In this document: positions 53,331-64,000 of the stretch, in pieces | Position numbering within the stretch: the stretch's first letter is position 1 | How the letters are laid out: the number at the start of each line of letters is the position of its first letter | Origin: Sphaerodactylus townsendi | Lineage: Eukaryota | Assembly: GCF_021028975.2 (NCBI RefSeq) | Contig: NC_059426.1 | Span: forward strand, 79,298,001 to 79,362,000 | DNA: 64,000 nt | Reading direction: 5' to 3' | Notes under the pieces: model-generated | Databases searched by the model: none | What the model was told of the DNA's origin: nothing | What the model saw: only the letters and a program-made list of their open reading frames with translations | Program-made: the position numbers and the translations under genes

Positions 53331-55365
53331 GACTAGTCCAATGAGCAGAACTGAGTGACCTTCACTTAGCCAGTCCTGCCCTTTTATGCTCCCTTCCATG
53401 TCAGTGTGGGCTCCTGAACTGGTGCCCAAGCATTGTGGTGCCATGCAACTCACCAGCACCAGCATAAGTACCTGTGCACTGACATAAATGCCCCTTACAC
53501 TGACACAAGTGGCATTTATGATGGCATCAGGGTCATGGTATCTTCTGAGGGGTTTTATATACACACACCCCTTCAGGATTGTACTACAATTGACACTGCT
53601 TTCACCCTGCACACTTCAGGCTGAATTGTGCTTTGCTGTAGCAACAGTATTTACTGGCAAACTCTGATGGCTGGACAAAAAAAATACACAAGCAGATATA
53701 AAGCCCATACTATCCTCTCAGCTCCTGAATCATTCAGGGTTTCATTAATTAGAGTAAGCAAAGATAATCTCCTTTCTGCCAAGCTGGTAGGAAGTAACCT
53801 AAGCTATACCCTTTTCAGGATAAAGATGACAGGAGATTTGTTCTAGAATAATCTGCTTGGATTCTAGTGCCTTGGGGACAGAACTAGGTAGGAACTGGGA
53901 CCCAAGCAGAACATTCTAGAATAAGGACAGTCCAGGAAATGGAAAATAAATTCACAGATCTCCTGTCCTCTTTATCCTGAGAAGCATGTATTTTTAGTTG
54001 CAACTCTCTTGAGACAATCTCATCTGACAAAGTTACCCCAAGACAAACCTGTAGGAAGTGGTGCCCTTTGGCTAACCCATGTTCAAAGAACTAATATTTG
54101 CCAGACAGTATGTCACATGACCCTAATCATATGAGATCATGTCCTGAAAACCATTATCATTATGCTTACGCATAAAACATGGGTAGAGTTAAGGTTCCCA
54201 TAGCAACTTTGAAAACAAAGTGCCCATCTTTGGCCTCCTTTAAAGCCTCAGGGCTGATGTATTATTAACCCAATACTTTGTATGTAGTGTAATTTACATG
54301 TAAATGCAAAGAGAAGACAACATTCTAACAACTATTTCTATTTGAGGCAAGACCTACAATCTCCTGTTTCATTTCTCTGAAAAGACTGCTCAGCTGTCGA
54401 ATCTGGACCTCGGCAGTGCTGATATAAATCTGCTCAGTATCTATCATCTTGAAGGAATAAAAAAACTTACACTATAAACATTCTGCAGTTGCAAATGCAT
54501 TGGTGAAGAATGCTGTAATCTTGTTCAGCTAGTGGAAGTGAGCATATTGAGAGAAAATATGCAACAATAATGTTTTTCAAAATTCAGAAATTAAAGCTAT
54601 GTTAAGATCAAATTTAGCATAACAAGGATTATCTTGCCAATAAAACCACAAAACAGAAGAACTTAACTTTTTAAGGCAAACTTAAAGATGACGCCAGTCA
54701 TGTAAACTCACTTTCCTGTCTAGACAGCATCATGTCAAAGAAGTTTTACTCATGTGTTGATCACTATGTGTGCATTATTTGCACTTTAACTCAATTTCCA
54801 TCTAGAGTACAGGATGCTGAGATACATACTCAGTGTGTGTTCAAACCTGAGGATGGGTTAAGGATTATTTAAATATAATGCCAGATTATACTGACCCCTG
54901 CACAGAAAACTGCTTTTCATGTCTCATATTTAAACCAGCCCTAATTCTATAGCCTTTCAAAATTACTACTATCTAAATTCATGGTCTTCGGCTTCTTTAT
55001 TGCAACTGTACAAATAGAACCTGACATCAGCTCAGTTCTGAAGGATGGACAACCACAGCTTTTATTTCAGCAGCATAGGACTATTATTTTTTGGCTGTCT
55101 ATAAACTTGATGACTATATGGTTGGTCTTCATACAATACTGTCATTTGATAGCTCTGATGATAGCCACGCAGAAACAGCTCATGTGACTCAGCTCTTAGA
55201 ATATTTCTGATTCAGCAGCTGTCTTTGACTGATGTATTCTTAGCATGCATTATTTTTTCATCCAAAATATATAATTGTCTCCACACCTGGGTTCCCCATT
55301 CTTCAATATCCATGATGACAGGAAGAACACATGCCAGCCCATATGCTGAACAGCTACACCTGAAG

Positions 55366-55652
55366 GCCAGCATAATGTAGTGGTTAGGAGTGGTGGACTC
55401 TGGGTTTGACTCCCCACTCCTCCACATTAGCAGCGGGCTGTAACCTGGAAAATCAAGTTTGTTTCCCCACTCCTACACATGAAGCCAGCTGGGTGACCTT
55501 GGGCCAGTCACAATTTTCAGTGAACTCGCTCAGCCCCACCTATCTCACAAGATGTCTACTGTGGAGAATGCAAGGCAATTGCAAGCCACTTTGAGACTGC
55601 TTAAAGGTTGAAAAAAGCAGAATATAAAAACCAACATTTATTATTATTATTA
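55366..55652 (+). mobile_element. tRNA-derived SINE with L2-like tail
   Basis: same layout as 2216-2646: tgtagtggttagg, ggtttgactcccc, gctgggtgaccttgggccagtcac, (tat)n tail. Confidence 0.82.
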
Positions 55653-56059
55653 CATGTAAACAGCTGCAGTGGGATTAAAATTACCATATAATGTTCATGA
55701 ATCATTAAAAATGTCTTGCTTTTAATGTCTATAGCTAATTTCCCCATCCTTAAAAATTAGTAACTGAAAATAGTTTACAAAGGAGTATCAAGCATAGCCT
55801 AATCATATGAGGCTATGTCTGGTAATACTAGAAAAGTATTTTCAATTACTGTGTCCTTAGCTACAGGAAATTGATCTTGCTATTATCATTGGTGTCCCTA
55901 GTAACCTACAGAACAGACTACTGTAATGTACTTGGGGGGGGGGGGGTTGATTAAAAAAACTGTTCATAAATTGTGACTAGTTCAGAATGTGACTAGTCAC
56001 GTGATTATGCAAATATAATTGTTTTTATGATGAACATCATTGAAAATGTACTTATATTG

Positions 56060-56181
56060 AATGTATTGTCGAAGGCTTTCACGGCCGGAATCACTGGGGT
56101 GCTGTGTGGTTTCCGGGCTATATGACTGTGTTCTAGCAACATGGCCATACAGCCCAGAAACCACACAGCACCCCAGTGATG
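56060..56181. mobile_element. Penelope terminal fragment in inverted (hairpin) arrangement, second subfamily
   Basis: tgtattgtcgaaggctttcacggccgga terminus shared with 60943; ~37-bp inverted repeat; TSD tatattg at 56053-56059 and 56182-56188. Confidence 0.78.
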
Positions 56182-56735
56182 TATATTGCTTAGGATGGCA
56201 TACTTCATGCTGGACAATTCAGAAACAAATCACATAGCCAGATGTGTAATGAGAACAAGCACACAAGCAACATGTATTATATGTTGTGCTCAACATTGCA
56301 TTTTCTTTTTTAAAGAATGGAAAAGCATGAAATGAAGGAACAGCATCCATGTAAGCCATAGAAGAAGCAAGTAGCTTCTATACATATAATGTCTGTCACT
56401 GGGGTTGCCAACAATCTGGAGAATTTGCACCCCCAAAATAGAGGCTCAATACAATGTTATTTACCCAGTGATATTATTTATCTTCATGCCATGAAAAACT
56501 TCCATGCTCCTTTCTAAACATTAAGCCTTTGTTTAAGGGGCAGGATGTTTTTCCTTCCAGTTTGTTAGCAACCCTACCTGTAGCAGTGCTGACAATGAAT
56601 TCTAGATGCCAGACAGGTATGTATTGAAAGAAAACAGTTTTTCTTTACTTTGATTCACTGGCCAGTTGACTGGCCAGTTAATAAAATGAACATGTCAATC
56701 TTTCAGGAAAACATCTCTACCACCTTTGTATACAG

Positions 56736-56883
56736 CAGGGGTAGGGAACCTGCGGCTCTCCAGATGTTCAGGAACTACAATTCCCATCAGCCTCTGTCAG
56801 CATGGCCAATTGGCCATGCTGGTAGGGGCTGATGGGAATCGTAGTTCCTGAACATCTGGAGAGCCGCAGGTTCCCTACCCCTG
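56736..56883. mobile_element. palindromic hAT MITE
   Basis: caggggtagggaacc TIRs; whole 148 bp nearly self-complementary; exact 8-bp TSD gtatacag at 56728-56735 and 56884-56891. Confidence 0.93.
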
Positions 56884-56894
56884 GTATACAGGAT

Positions 56895-57830
56895 ACAAAA
56901 AAATGGAGTTTTGATAAATATATTTGGAAAGTGCTTCTCAGCTTCTGAGCCTAGCGGAGTGACATTTGAGTCCAGAAACTATGACTGAAAACTGTCTTAG
57001 TGTTTTAGTAGAAGTTATATCAAAAATTAAGTATGAGAAGAAAATAATGAGATACAATGATTTACTAGAGAAAACAGGGTCATAATTTAAACTCAAAGAC
57101 AGAAGTAAAATTATAATAAAGAACAATGTCATTGGTTTGTATATAGACAAATATTGGAAAAATTTAAAATAGACAAGAAAATAGGATTTGAATTAGAAGA
57201 AAGAGATCTTTGAAAAATATTGAAGGAAGGAAATAATGGTGCCATAAGTGAAATATATAAAAATCTAATACAAAAAGAATTGGAAATGTAACAGGTTAAG
57301 ATCATAATGGTTAGATGGACACAGGACTTCAATAAAATGATACCATTAGAAAATTGGGAAAATACTTGGAAGGATTTAAAATTTACATGTTGTACCAGAT
57401 TAAAAGAAAAATTTCATAAAATGATGCATAGGTGGTTTTTGTGCCCCAGTAAGTTGGCCAAGATGTATAAGAGAGCATCTCCACAATGTTGGAGATGTAA
57501 AAAGTAAAAAGGGTCTATATATCACATGTGGGTGGAATTGTGAATTAATCAGAAAATATTGCCTGGAAATTTAGACTATTATTAAAAAATATTTCCAAGT
57601 GTTAATTTGGAATTTCAACCAGAATTGATTTTTGTTGAATATGGCCAGATTACTGATGGCAAGAAGAACAAAGGCCCTTCTGATAAAGGACTGGATCTTC
57701 TCACTGAATTTTCTTCTATGGATAAATTGTCAAATAAAACAGGAACTTGGAGACTACTATTAAGACTTGGCAACCATTTAATGAATATTTAAAGACAAAG
57801 ACTGAATACAAAAGTCTATCAAGAAGCTAA
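56895..57830 (+). mobile_element. decayed L1 ORF2 3' fragment
   Basis: A-rich; WENTW...LKEKFHKMMHRWFL.P.KL.KMY.....CWRC.....IYHMW (L1 C-terminal Cys-rich region). Confidence 0.82.
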
Positions 57831-57974
57831 ACTCCTAGCAGAGTCACTCAAAGTGGAATGGTCAAAGCTGAGACACTAGATTAAGATGTCACCACCCACA
57901 TCAGAAGAAGAGAACAGACAGTTCCAATGATCATGGATGTGGAGGAACCTTGAAGGCTAGTTACTGGACAGCAA

Positions 57975-58420
57975 GGCTGTTTCCGCACAGCCCAATAACA
58001 GTGCCCTAGGGATGGTAAAAACACTGTCCTTGGGGCGCTGTTCGCACAGCCGGCGCTGCTGCTGGGAGCAAGGTTTTTCAAAAGCGGCATCTTCCACCTG
58101 CTGCCGTGTAGAAGACGGTGTTTTCCCCGCATCAGCCCCATACGCCTCCTTACCTTCTCCTGGCTTCCGTCACTCTGTGGAGGCCAGGGGACACGCCTCC
58201 TGGCCTCCGTCCCCGCAGTCGTCGGTCTGTCCCATGGCCTCCACAGAGTGACGGAAGCCAGGAGGAGGTAAGGAGGCATTTGGGGGGGCTGTGCAGCCAT
58301 GCGGAACCTGCTCCATCAGCTTTGCAGCCAGCAGGGCCATTCATGTGAACTGCCCATGGGCTTGCATTGGCGTGAACCATGCCGATGCAGCTCCACTGCT
58401 CTGACCATGCAGAAATGGCC
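57975..58420. mobile_element. CpG-rich PIF/Harbinger-like MITE with 50-bp internal hairpin
   Basis: ends ggctgtttccgcac / atgcagaaatggcc; inverted repeat 58144-58193 vs 58228-58277. Confidence 0.78.
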
Positions 58421-59461
58421 TAGAAGTAGTGGAAGGTGACAGTGGCAATCTATCACAGGCAACAGCATTGTCACTTCATGCAACCCTGATTACTACTGCA
58501 CAGAGCGCAGCAATGGAAAACCACTTCTCATCATCGCTTACCTTGAAAAACCTATGATGAAAATCTGAAACAATATATATATATGGTGCTGAAAGATGGA
58601 CACCCTACCCTCCAGTTTAGATGGTATTCAATCAGCTACTAAGGAAGAGCTGAGGACAACTATGACTAGAGGTATTTTAATGATGCAACTGAACTAAAGC
58701 CCTAAGGTCATTCAGTTGTTGATGTGAATGGATATAAAAGGAAAGTCCCAAGCTATTTGATACACATAATAGGAACACAGAATGTGAGAAGTATGAATCA
58801 AGATAAACCTGAAATCATAAAACAAGAAATGGAATGTTTAAACATCGCAATCCCGGGAGATAGTGAATTAAAGTTGACTGGATTAGGACACTTTCAATCA
58901 GAATACTACAAAGAATTTTACTCAGGAAATGACAAAAATGAAAAAAAAATCCCTCAGTTGCTTGAATATTGAGATGAGAGGTAGCAGAGGCAGTCAGGGG
59001 CTATAATGCAAAGTTTGCCCGAATAACATCAATCACACTTCAAGGAATGCCTATCAGTATAACCATCATTCAAGTTTACACCCCAACTACATAAGCTGAT
59101 GAAGAAGAAATTGAAAGCTGTTATGCAGATGTCCAGGAAGAAAGTGATCACATACCTAAACAAGATGTACTGATAATCATAGGGAACTGGAACATAAAAG
59201 TAGAAATACCAGAATCTACTATTGTCAGAAGATATGGCCTAGGTCCCAGGAGCATGAAATGAAGCATCAGACTGACTAATTGAATTCTTTGAATAACAGC
59301 ACTTTCTTCATTTCAGACATATTTCAGATAATCAGACAGATGATTGTATATGTCATTGACATCACTCAATGGCTAATGTAGAAATCAAATAGATTGCATA
59401 AGAATAAAAAGATGGAGAAGCTCTATTCTCTCTCTAAAACAAGACCAGGAGCTAATTCTGA

Positions 59462-59598
59462 GATGGATTCCGCATGGGCCAAAAACAGTGGTGTAAAAAT
59501 GGTGTGAAAACGGTGTAAAATGGTTTAAAAGGGTGTAAAAGGTTTTACACCATTTTCACACTTTCACACTGCTGTTTTTGGCTCATGCAGGATCCGGC
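59462..59598. mobile_element. PIF/Harbinger-like MITE nested in the RTE
   Basis: TIR gatggattccgcatgggccaaaaacag / gccggatcctgcatgagccaaaaacag; TGA at 59459-59461 and 59599-59601; internal ggtgtaaaa subrepeats. Confidence 0.8.
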
Positions 59599-60040
59599 TG
59601 ATAGAGACCACAAATTGTCAATACTGAAAATTAGAATAAAGCTGAAGAAAAACACAAAAACATTCAAAGTGCCAAAATACCATCTAAGCAACATTCCTGA
59701 AAAGTTTAAAGACCATATAAAGAACAGGTTTGCATCACTAAGTTCAACTAAACATGAACCAGAAGAACCATAGCTTGAAATCAGAGACATTATCAAGGAA
59801 GAATACTCAAAGACTATTCCTGTACCCAAAAGAAAGGAAAAGCACTGATGGATGACGGATACAATTCTTAGATTTGCTAAAGATAGATGAGAAGCAAAAG
59901 TAAAAGGTGACAAAAACAGAGTCAGAAGTCTGAATTCAGACTTCCAGCAATTGGCATTTACAAAGAGAACTATTATAATAACCAGTGTAAGGAAATAGAC
60001 AAGAACAACAAAAAAGGAAAAATAAGAGATCTACTCCACA

Positions 60041-60335
60041 GAGCAGCAGTGGCGTAAGAGGTTAAGAGCTCGTGTATCTAATCTGGAGGAACCGGGTTTG
60101 ATTCTCCGTTCTGCAGCCTGAGCTGTGGAGGCTTATCTGGGGAATTCATATTAGCCTGTACACTCCCACACACACCAGCTGGGTGACTTTGGGCTAGTCA
60201 CAGCTTCTTGGAGCTCTCTCAGCCCCACCTACGTCACAGGGTGTTTGTTGTGAGGGGGGAAGGGCAAGGAGATTGTAAGCCCCTTTGAGTCTCCTATAGG
60301 AGAGAAAGGGGGATATAAATCCAAACTCTTCTTCT
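60041..60335 (+). mobile_element. tRNA-derived SINE nested in the RTE
   Basis: A box tggcgtaagagg, B box ggtttgattc, L2-like tail, (ctt)n; TSD tccaca at 60035-60040 and 60336-60341. Confidence 0.9.
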
Positions 60336-60942
60336 TCCACAAGATCCAAAAAATCAAAGGGAAATTTAAAGCATGTTTAGACATTCTGAAATATCAACAT
60401 GGAAATGCATTAACTGAACAGGACAACATGAAGAAGTGGGAACAATGCACAGGAGAACTATACAAAAGATGAAAGGATGGGACATTCCTTCCAAGAAAAA
60501 ATATTTTGAAGAAAAACCTACATTTTTAGAAAGTGAAGCAAAAGTTGCTTTGAGAGCAATTTGGAGAAACAAATCACCATAAGCAGATGGGATAGAGCTA
60601 TTCCAAACCACATAAATGCAGTCCATCAAAATCTGAACAAGAATATGACAACAAACATGGAAAAACAAAATAATGACCCACAGACTGGAAACAATCAATT
60701 TACATTCCAGTTGCAAAAAAAGGAGACATCAAAGACTGAAGCAACTATTACACTATTGCATCAGCTTCTCATGCAAATAAAAGTGAGGCTCAAAATTTTA
60801 CAACAAAGAGTGTCACCATATATAGGACAAGAAATGTCAGAAATCCAAGCTGGATTCAGAAAAGGAAGAGGCATGACAGATCATGTTACAAATTTACATT
60901 GATTACTGGAGAAGAGAAGAGATTTCAGAAGAAAATAATCTT

Positions 60943-61100
60943 GTATTGTCGAAGGCTTTCACAGCCGGATTCAACTGGTTGTTGTGGGTTTTCCAGGCTG
61001 TGTGGCCATGGTCTGGTAGATCTTGTTCCTAATGTTTCACCTGCATCTGTGGCTGGCATCTTCAGAGGTGCATCACAGAGGGAAGTCTGTTACACAGTGG
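60943..61100 (-). mobile_element. Penelope pseudo-LTR with hammerhead motif (61028-61068)
   Basis: reverse complement of the 22320-22475 family; core CUGAAGA...GAAA retained, site AUU. Confidence 0.85.
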
Positions 61101-62055
61101 CTGGAAACTGACAAGGGAGTGCTGTTGGCATTATGGTTGGTTTTTCTCCCATCCGAGGCTGGAGAAGCGGCAGACAATGGGAGCTGGGAGTGGGAAATTT
61201 CTTGCCCTAAGCAGGTAAATCACATCCTTAGGCAGATGTATCCTGACACATTAGTTTTCAATACATGGGATTTTAATACTATATATGGAGGTGAATTAAA
61301 TCATGTGAGTCCCTGTCTGTATTCTGAAACGGTACAGACAAAATGCAGATCAGATCAAGAGCTGACAAGCCTTTGGATCACCTCCAAACCTTGTACAAAT
61401 GTGACATTCTTCATTTGCTAATTGTCAATGAAGAAAAGGAAATCGATTTTTTATGGTAAAGATTCCTAAAGTAAATCATTAAAAATGCAGATGTGTTCAA
61501 AAGGATTTTGAATGTAACCAAAGGGTGTTGGCTTCTCATTGCAGCTTGTTCTGGAGGTAGTGCAGAACTGTTATTTATTTAATCATAGGTATATGTTTAT
61601 TGAAATGGATCATTAAATTCTGTTTTCTTTTGGAGCATAAAGCATACAAAGTAAATGCTTTCTGAAGTTTGCTTGGAGCACTTTCTCAAAACTTTGCTAT
61701 GCTATTTCTGCAAATATCAATATATGAAGAGTGCTTATCTAGGGAAAAAACCACTTTGCCAGTCTTGCAACTAATGATGGATGAGCTTCCTTCAGCTTGA
61801 TATTGAACTAGCTTATCTGAAATACATGGTTACAAATGCAGCTATATACCAGTTTCCCCTCATATATTTTACTGTCACAAAACCCTGTGAGTTAGATTAA
61901 AAGTGAATGACTGATCCAAAGTCACTCAGTGACTTTATGGCATGTTTGGGATTTGGAGTCAGATCTCTCAAATCATAATCCAACCTCTATATCACATTGA
62001 CTCTCATCAGGATGTTAAAAAGTTCTGGAAAACTACCTGTTTATGCTTCCTACTG

Positions 62056-62371
62056 GAAGAAGAAGAGTTGGATTTATAACCAACCTTTCTCTCCTGTAAA
62101 GAATCTCAGAATGGCTTATAAACTCCTTTCCTTTTTCTCTCCACAACAGACATCTTGTGAGGTAGGTGGGGCTGAGAGAGTTCTGAGAGAACTGTGACTA
62201 GCCCAAGGTCACCTTGGCTTCATGTGTAGGTCACCTAGGCTTCATGTGTAGAAGCAGGGAAACAAATCCAGTTGACCACATTAGAGTCCACCACTCATGG
62301 GGAAGAGTCGGGAATCAAACCTGGTTCTCCAGATTAGAGTCTGCCACTCTTAAATACTACACCATACTGGT
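62056..62371 (-). mobile_element. tRNA-derived SINE with L2-like tail
   Basis: - strand: tggtgtagtattt, ggtttgattccc, gtgaccttgggctagtcac, ggttataaatccaactc(ttc)n. Confidence 0.85.
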
Positions 62372-64000
62372 TCTCCAGGGGAATATGATAAGGCCTGGAG
62401 GTATCCTCAGCCACTTCACAAACCCTTCTGCTGTCTGCTTTCCTTTCTCCAAAACTTCCTTGCCTATGGTGATAAGAAGAGCTGCTCCTATGATGCTAAT
62501 ATAACAGCAGTACCAGAATTCCTTGGTGTTGTAGATTCCAAGTAGTCTAGGGTCAACATGGAAAAGGTCCCAAGGTTCTCTAAGAAGGCCTTCAATCATA
62601 ATTCTTTCAGAATGTTTCACTTCCATTGGCTTCTCTTTCTATGCATCTTTTTGGCATCATTTTTTTTAAAAAATAATGATTATGAGAGTGGCTATGTGCT
62701 CCTGCCAATTAGGAACCACATCCACATTAGACTGAGAGCAATCCTTCATCCCCCTCCCCCCCCCCCGCAACCAATAACAGAGAGAACATCTTTACTTTAT
62801 TTCTCAGCCTTCCAGCTATCCCTGAAATGGGAAGAGCAAAGTTTCACAGAAAATGAAATTGGTCATGTAGTGCCCTCTCCCTTGTTTCAATCTAGTCCTA
62901 ATTAATTCCATTTACTTCTGGGATACTTTTGAAAATAAGCACCAGTACTTGGCAAAAACTCAAATGATCCAGAATGTTAACTGGGTGTAAATAAAGGGTG
63001 TACAATCACTTTGTTGGTTGTGTTGGGTGCCTTCACATACACCCTGAGAATCAACAAAAGGGTGGAAAAGCCAACAGATTCACAATATTGGGCTTCTAAG
63101 TTTGTATTCCTTAGTAACACATTTGCGATTTGTAGCATCACACAGCAAACATGAGCTTTTCAACGACTGCCTACTGTCAACATGAGGTCTTTGCCAATGT
63201 AAGTAGAAATCAGGAAGATAGACAGCAGATTCAGTCAAAAGCAGGAAGGGTGGAAGATGAAAGGCACAGCATCTAAGCATGAGAAAGACTTTCTGAATAG
63301 TTCATTCCAGTATTTTTTTTAAAAAAATCCTGTCATATCATACCTTTAGGCATATAATTAGATATTTGAGTTTGGATCCAATGATGCTCTTTCTTTGCTG
63401 AAAAGTATCCTCCTGATGATGCAAGAACACTTGTGGATCCAATCCTTAACCCTTAATATAATAATTAAAGAGATTAATTAACTGTACTCCCCTGGTGTCT
63501 GACATGCCTTCATAAGAATTAGGGGGGAAGATTATGAAATATGATGGTTTCACAATCACCTCAAGCACCCTCCCTCATGCTTCATCAGATCAAATCCCTT
63601 TCCATGGAACATCAGATGAGCAGCATGACATTTTAGAAAACCAAATGTTTATGAAGTCCTGCGATTCTGGGGAAAAGAATTTCTAAGTGCTGTGAAAACA
63701 CACCTGTGCAATCTCATAATTTAATGGCCAGGACAAACGTCCTCTCATTCCTTCCTGAAAGTCTGGGGAACATTAAGAAAAACTACAGAAGTGTATTTGA
63801 CAGGTCGCCATTAAACTGAGAGATTATACAAGTGTACTTCCATAGACAGCTTCCTGTAAGTAGCAGAAATGCTTCCTTTAGCCCACAAATGCGCTCCCAG
63901 CAGAGATTCTGGCACTTTCTGAACCCTCTGTAAGCACCAGAATGTCTACTAGGAGCACATTTCTGGGATCAAGGAAGTAATCTAGTTCCCTAGAGAAGCT

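Larger units (their letters stand above)
58440..60942 (+). mobile_element. decayed RTE (BovB-clade) LINE, 5' two-thirds
   Basis: IGTQNVRSMNQ.K.EIIKQEM...ELK.TG.G.F; IIQVYTPT; DHKL; QAGFRKGRG; many stops and frameshifts; interrupted by a MITE and a SINE, ends at a Penelope insertion. Confidence 0.9.

Noticed and set aside
60041-60110. tRNA gene
   Set aside because: A/B boxes are present but there is no cloverleaf; it is the head of a multi-copy SINE.
1-64000. CRISPR array or prokaryotic operon
   Set aside because: Intron-exon gene and vertebrate retroelements throughout; the short tandem repeats have no unique spacers.

Overview
Eukaryotic (vertebrate) genomic DNA; the repeat inventory points to a squamate reptile, probably a gecko (inference). 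Positions ~1.9-37.7 kb hold the 3' part of a + strand gel-forming-mucin-family gene. I reconstructed 23 GT-AG exons by hand with fully compatible phases (2994 nt, 997 aa + TAA). They encode C8-3/TIL-3 of the D3 assembly, a short linker, VWD4/C8/TIL, VWC repeats and a C-terminal cystine knot. There is no PTS (mucin) exon and no CysD, and the protein is collinear with my recollection of chicken ovomucin alpha-subunit. Most striking: both D3 cysteines that make the N-terminal inter-chain disulfides in MUC2/VWF are substituted (GGDSECFC, NKKEWHY), new potentially unpaired Cys appear nearby, the GDPH site is absent, and the intact 11-Cys cystine knot is strongly cationic. Introns and the 26 kb downstream contain only mobile DNA that I can support: CR1, a young near-complete L2, RTE-X, RTE/BovB-clade, L1, a solo LTR, tRNA- and 5S-derived SINEs, hAT and PIF/Harbinger-like MITEs, and two clades of Penelope-like elements. 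Six Penelope terminal repeats carry a minimal type I hammerhead ribozyme motif (five clear, one degenerate), one with an intact core in the sense strand of a mucin intron. There is one 140-N assembly gap.
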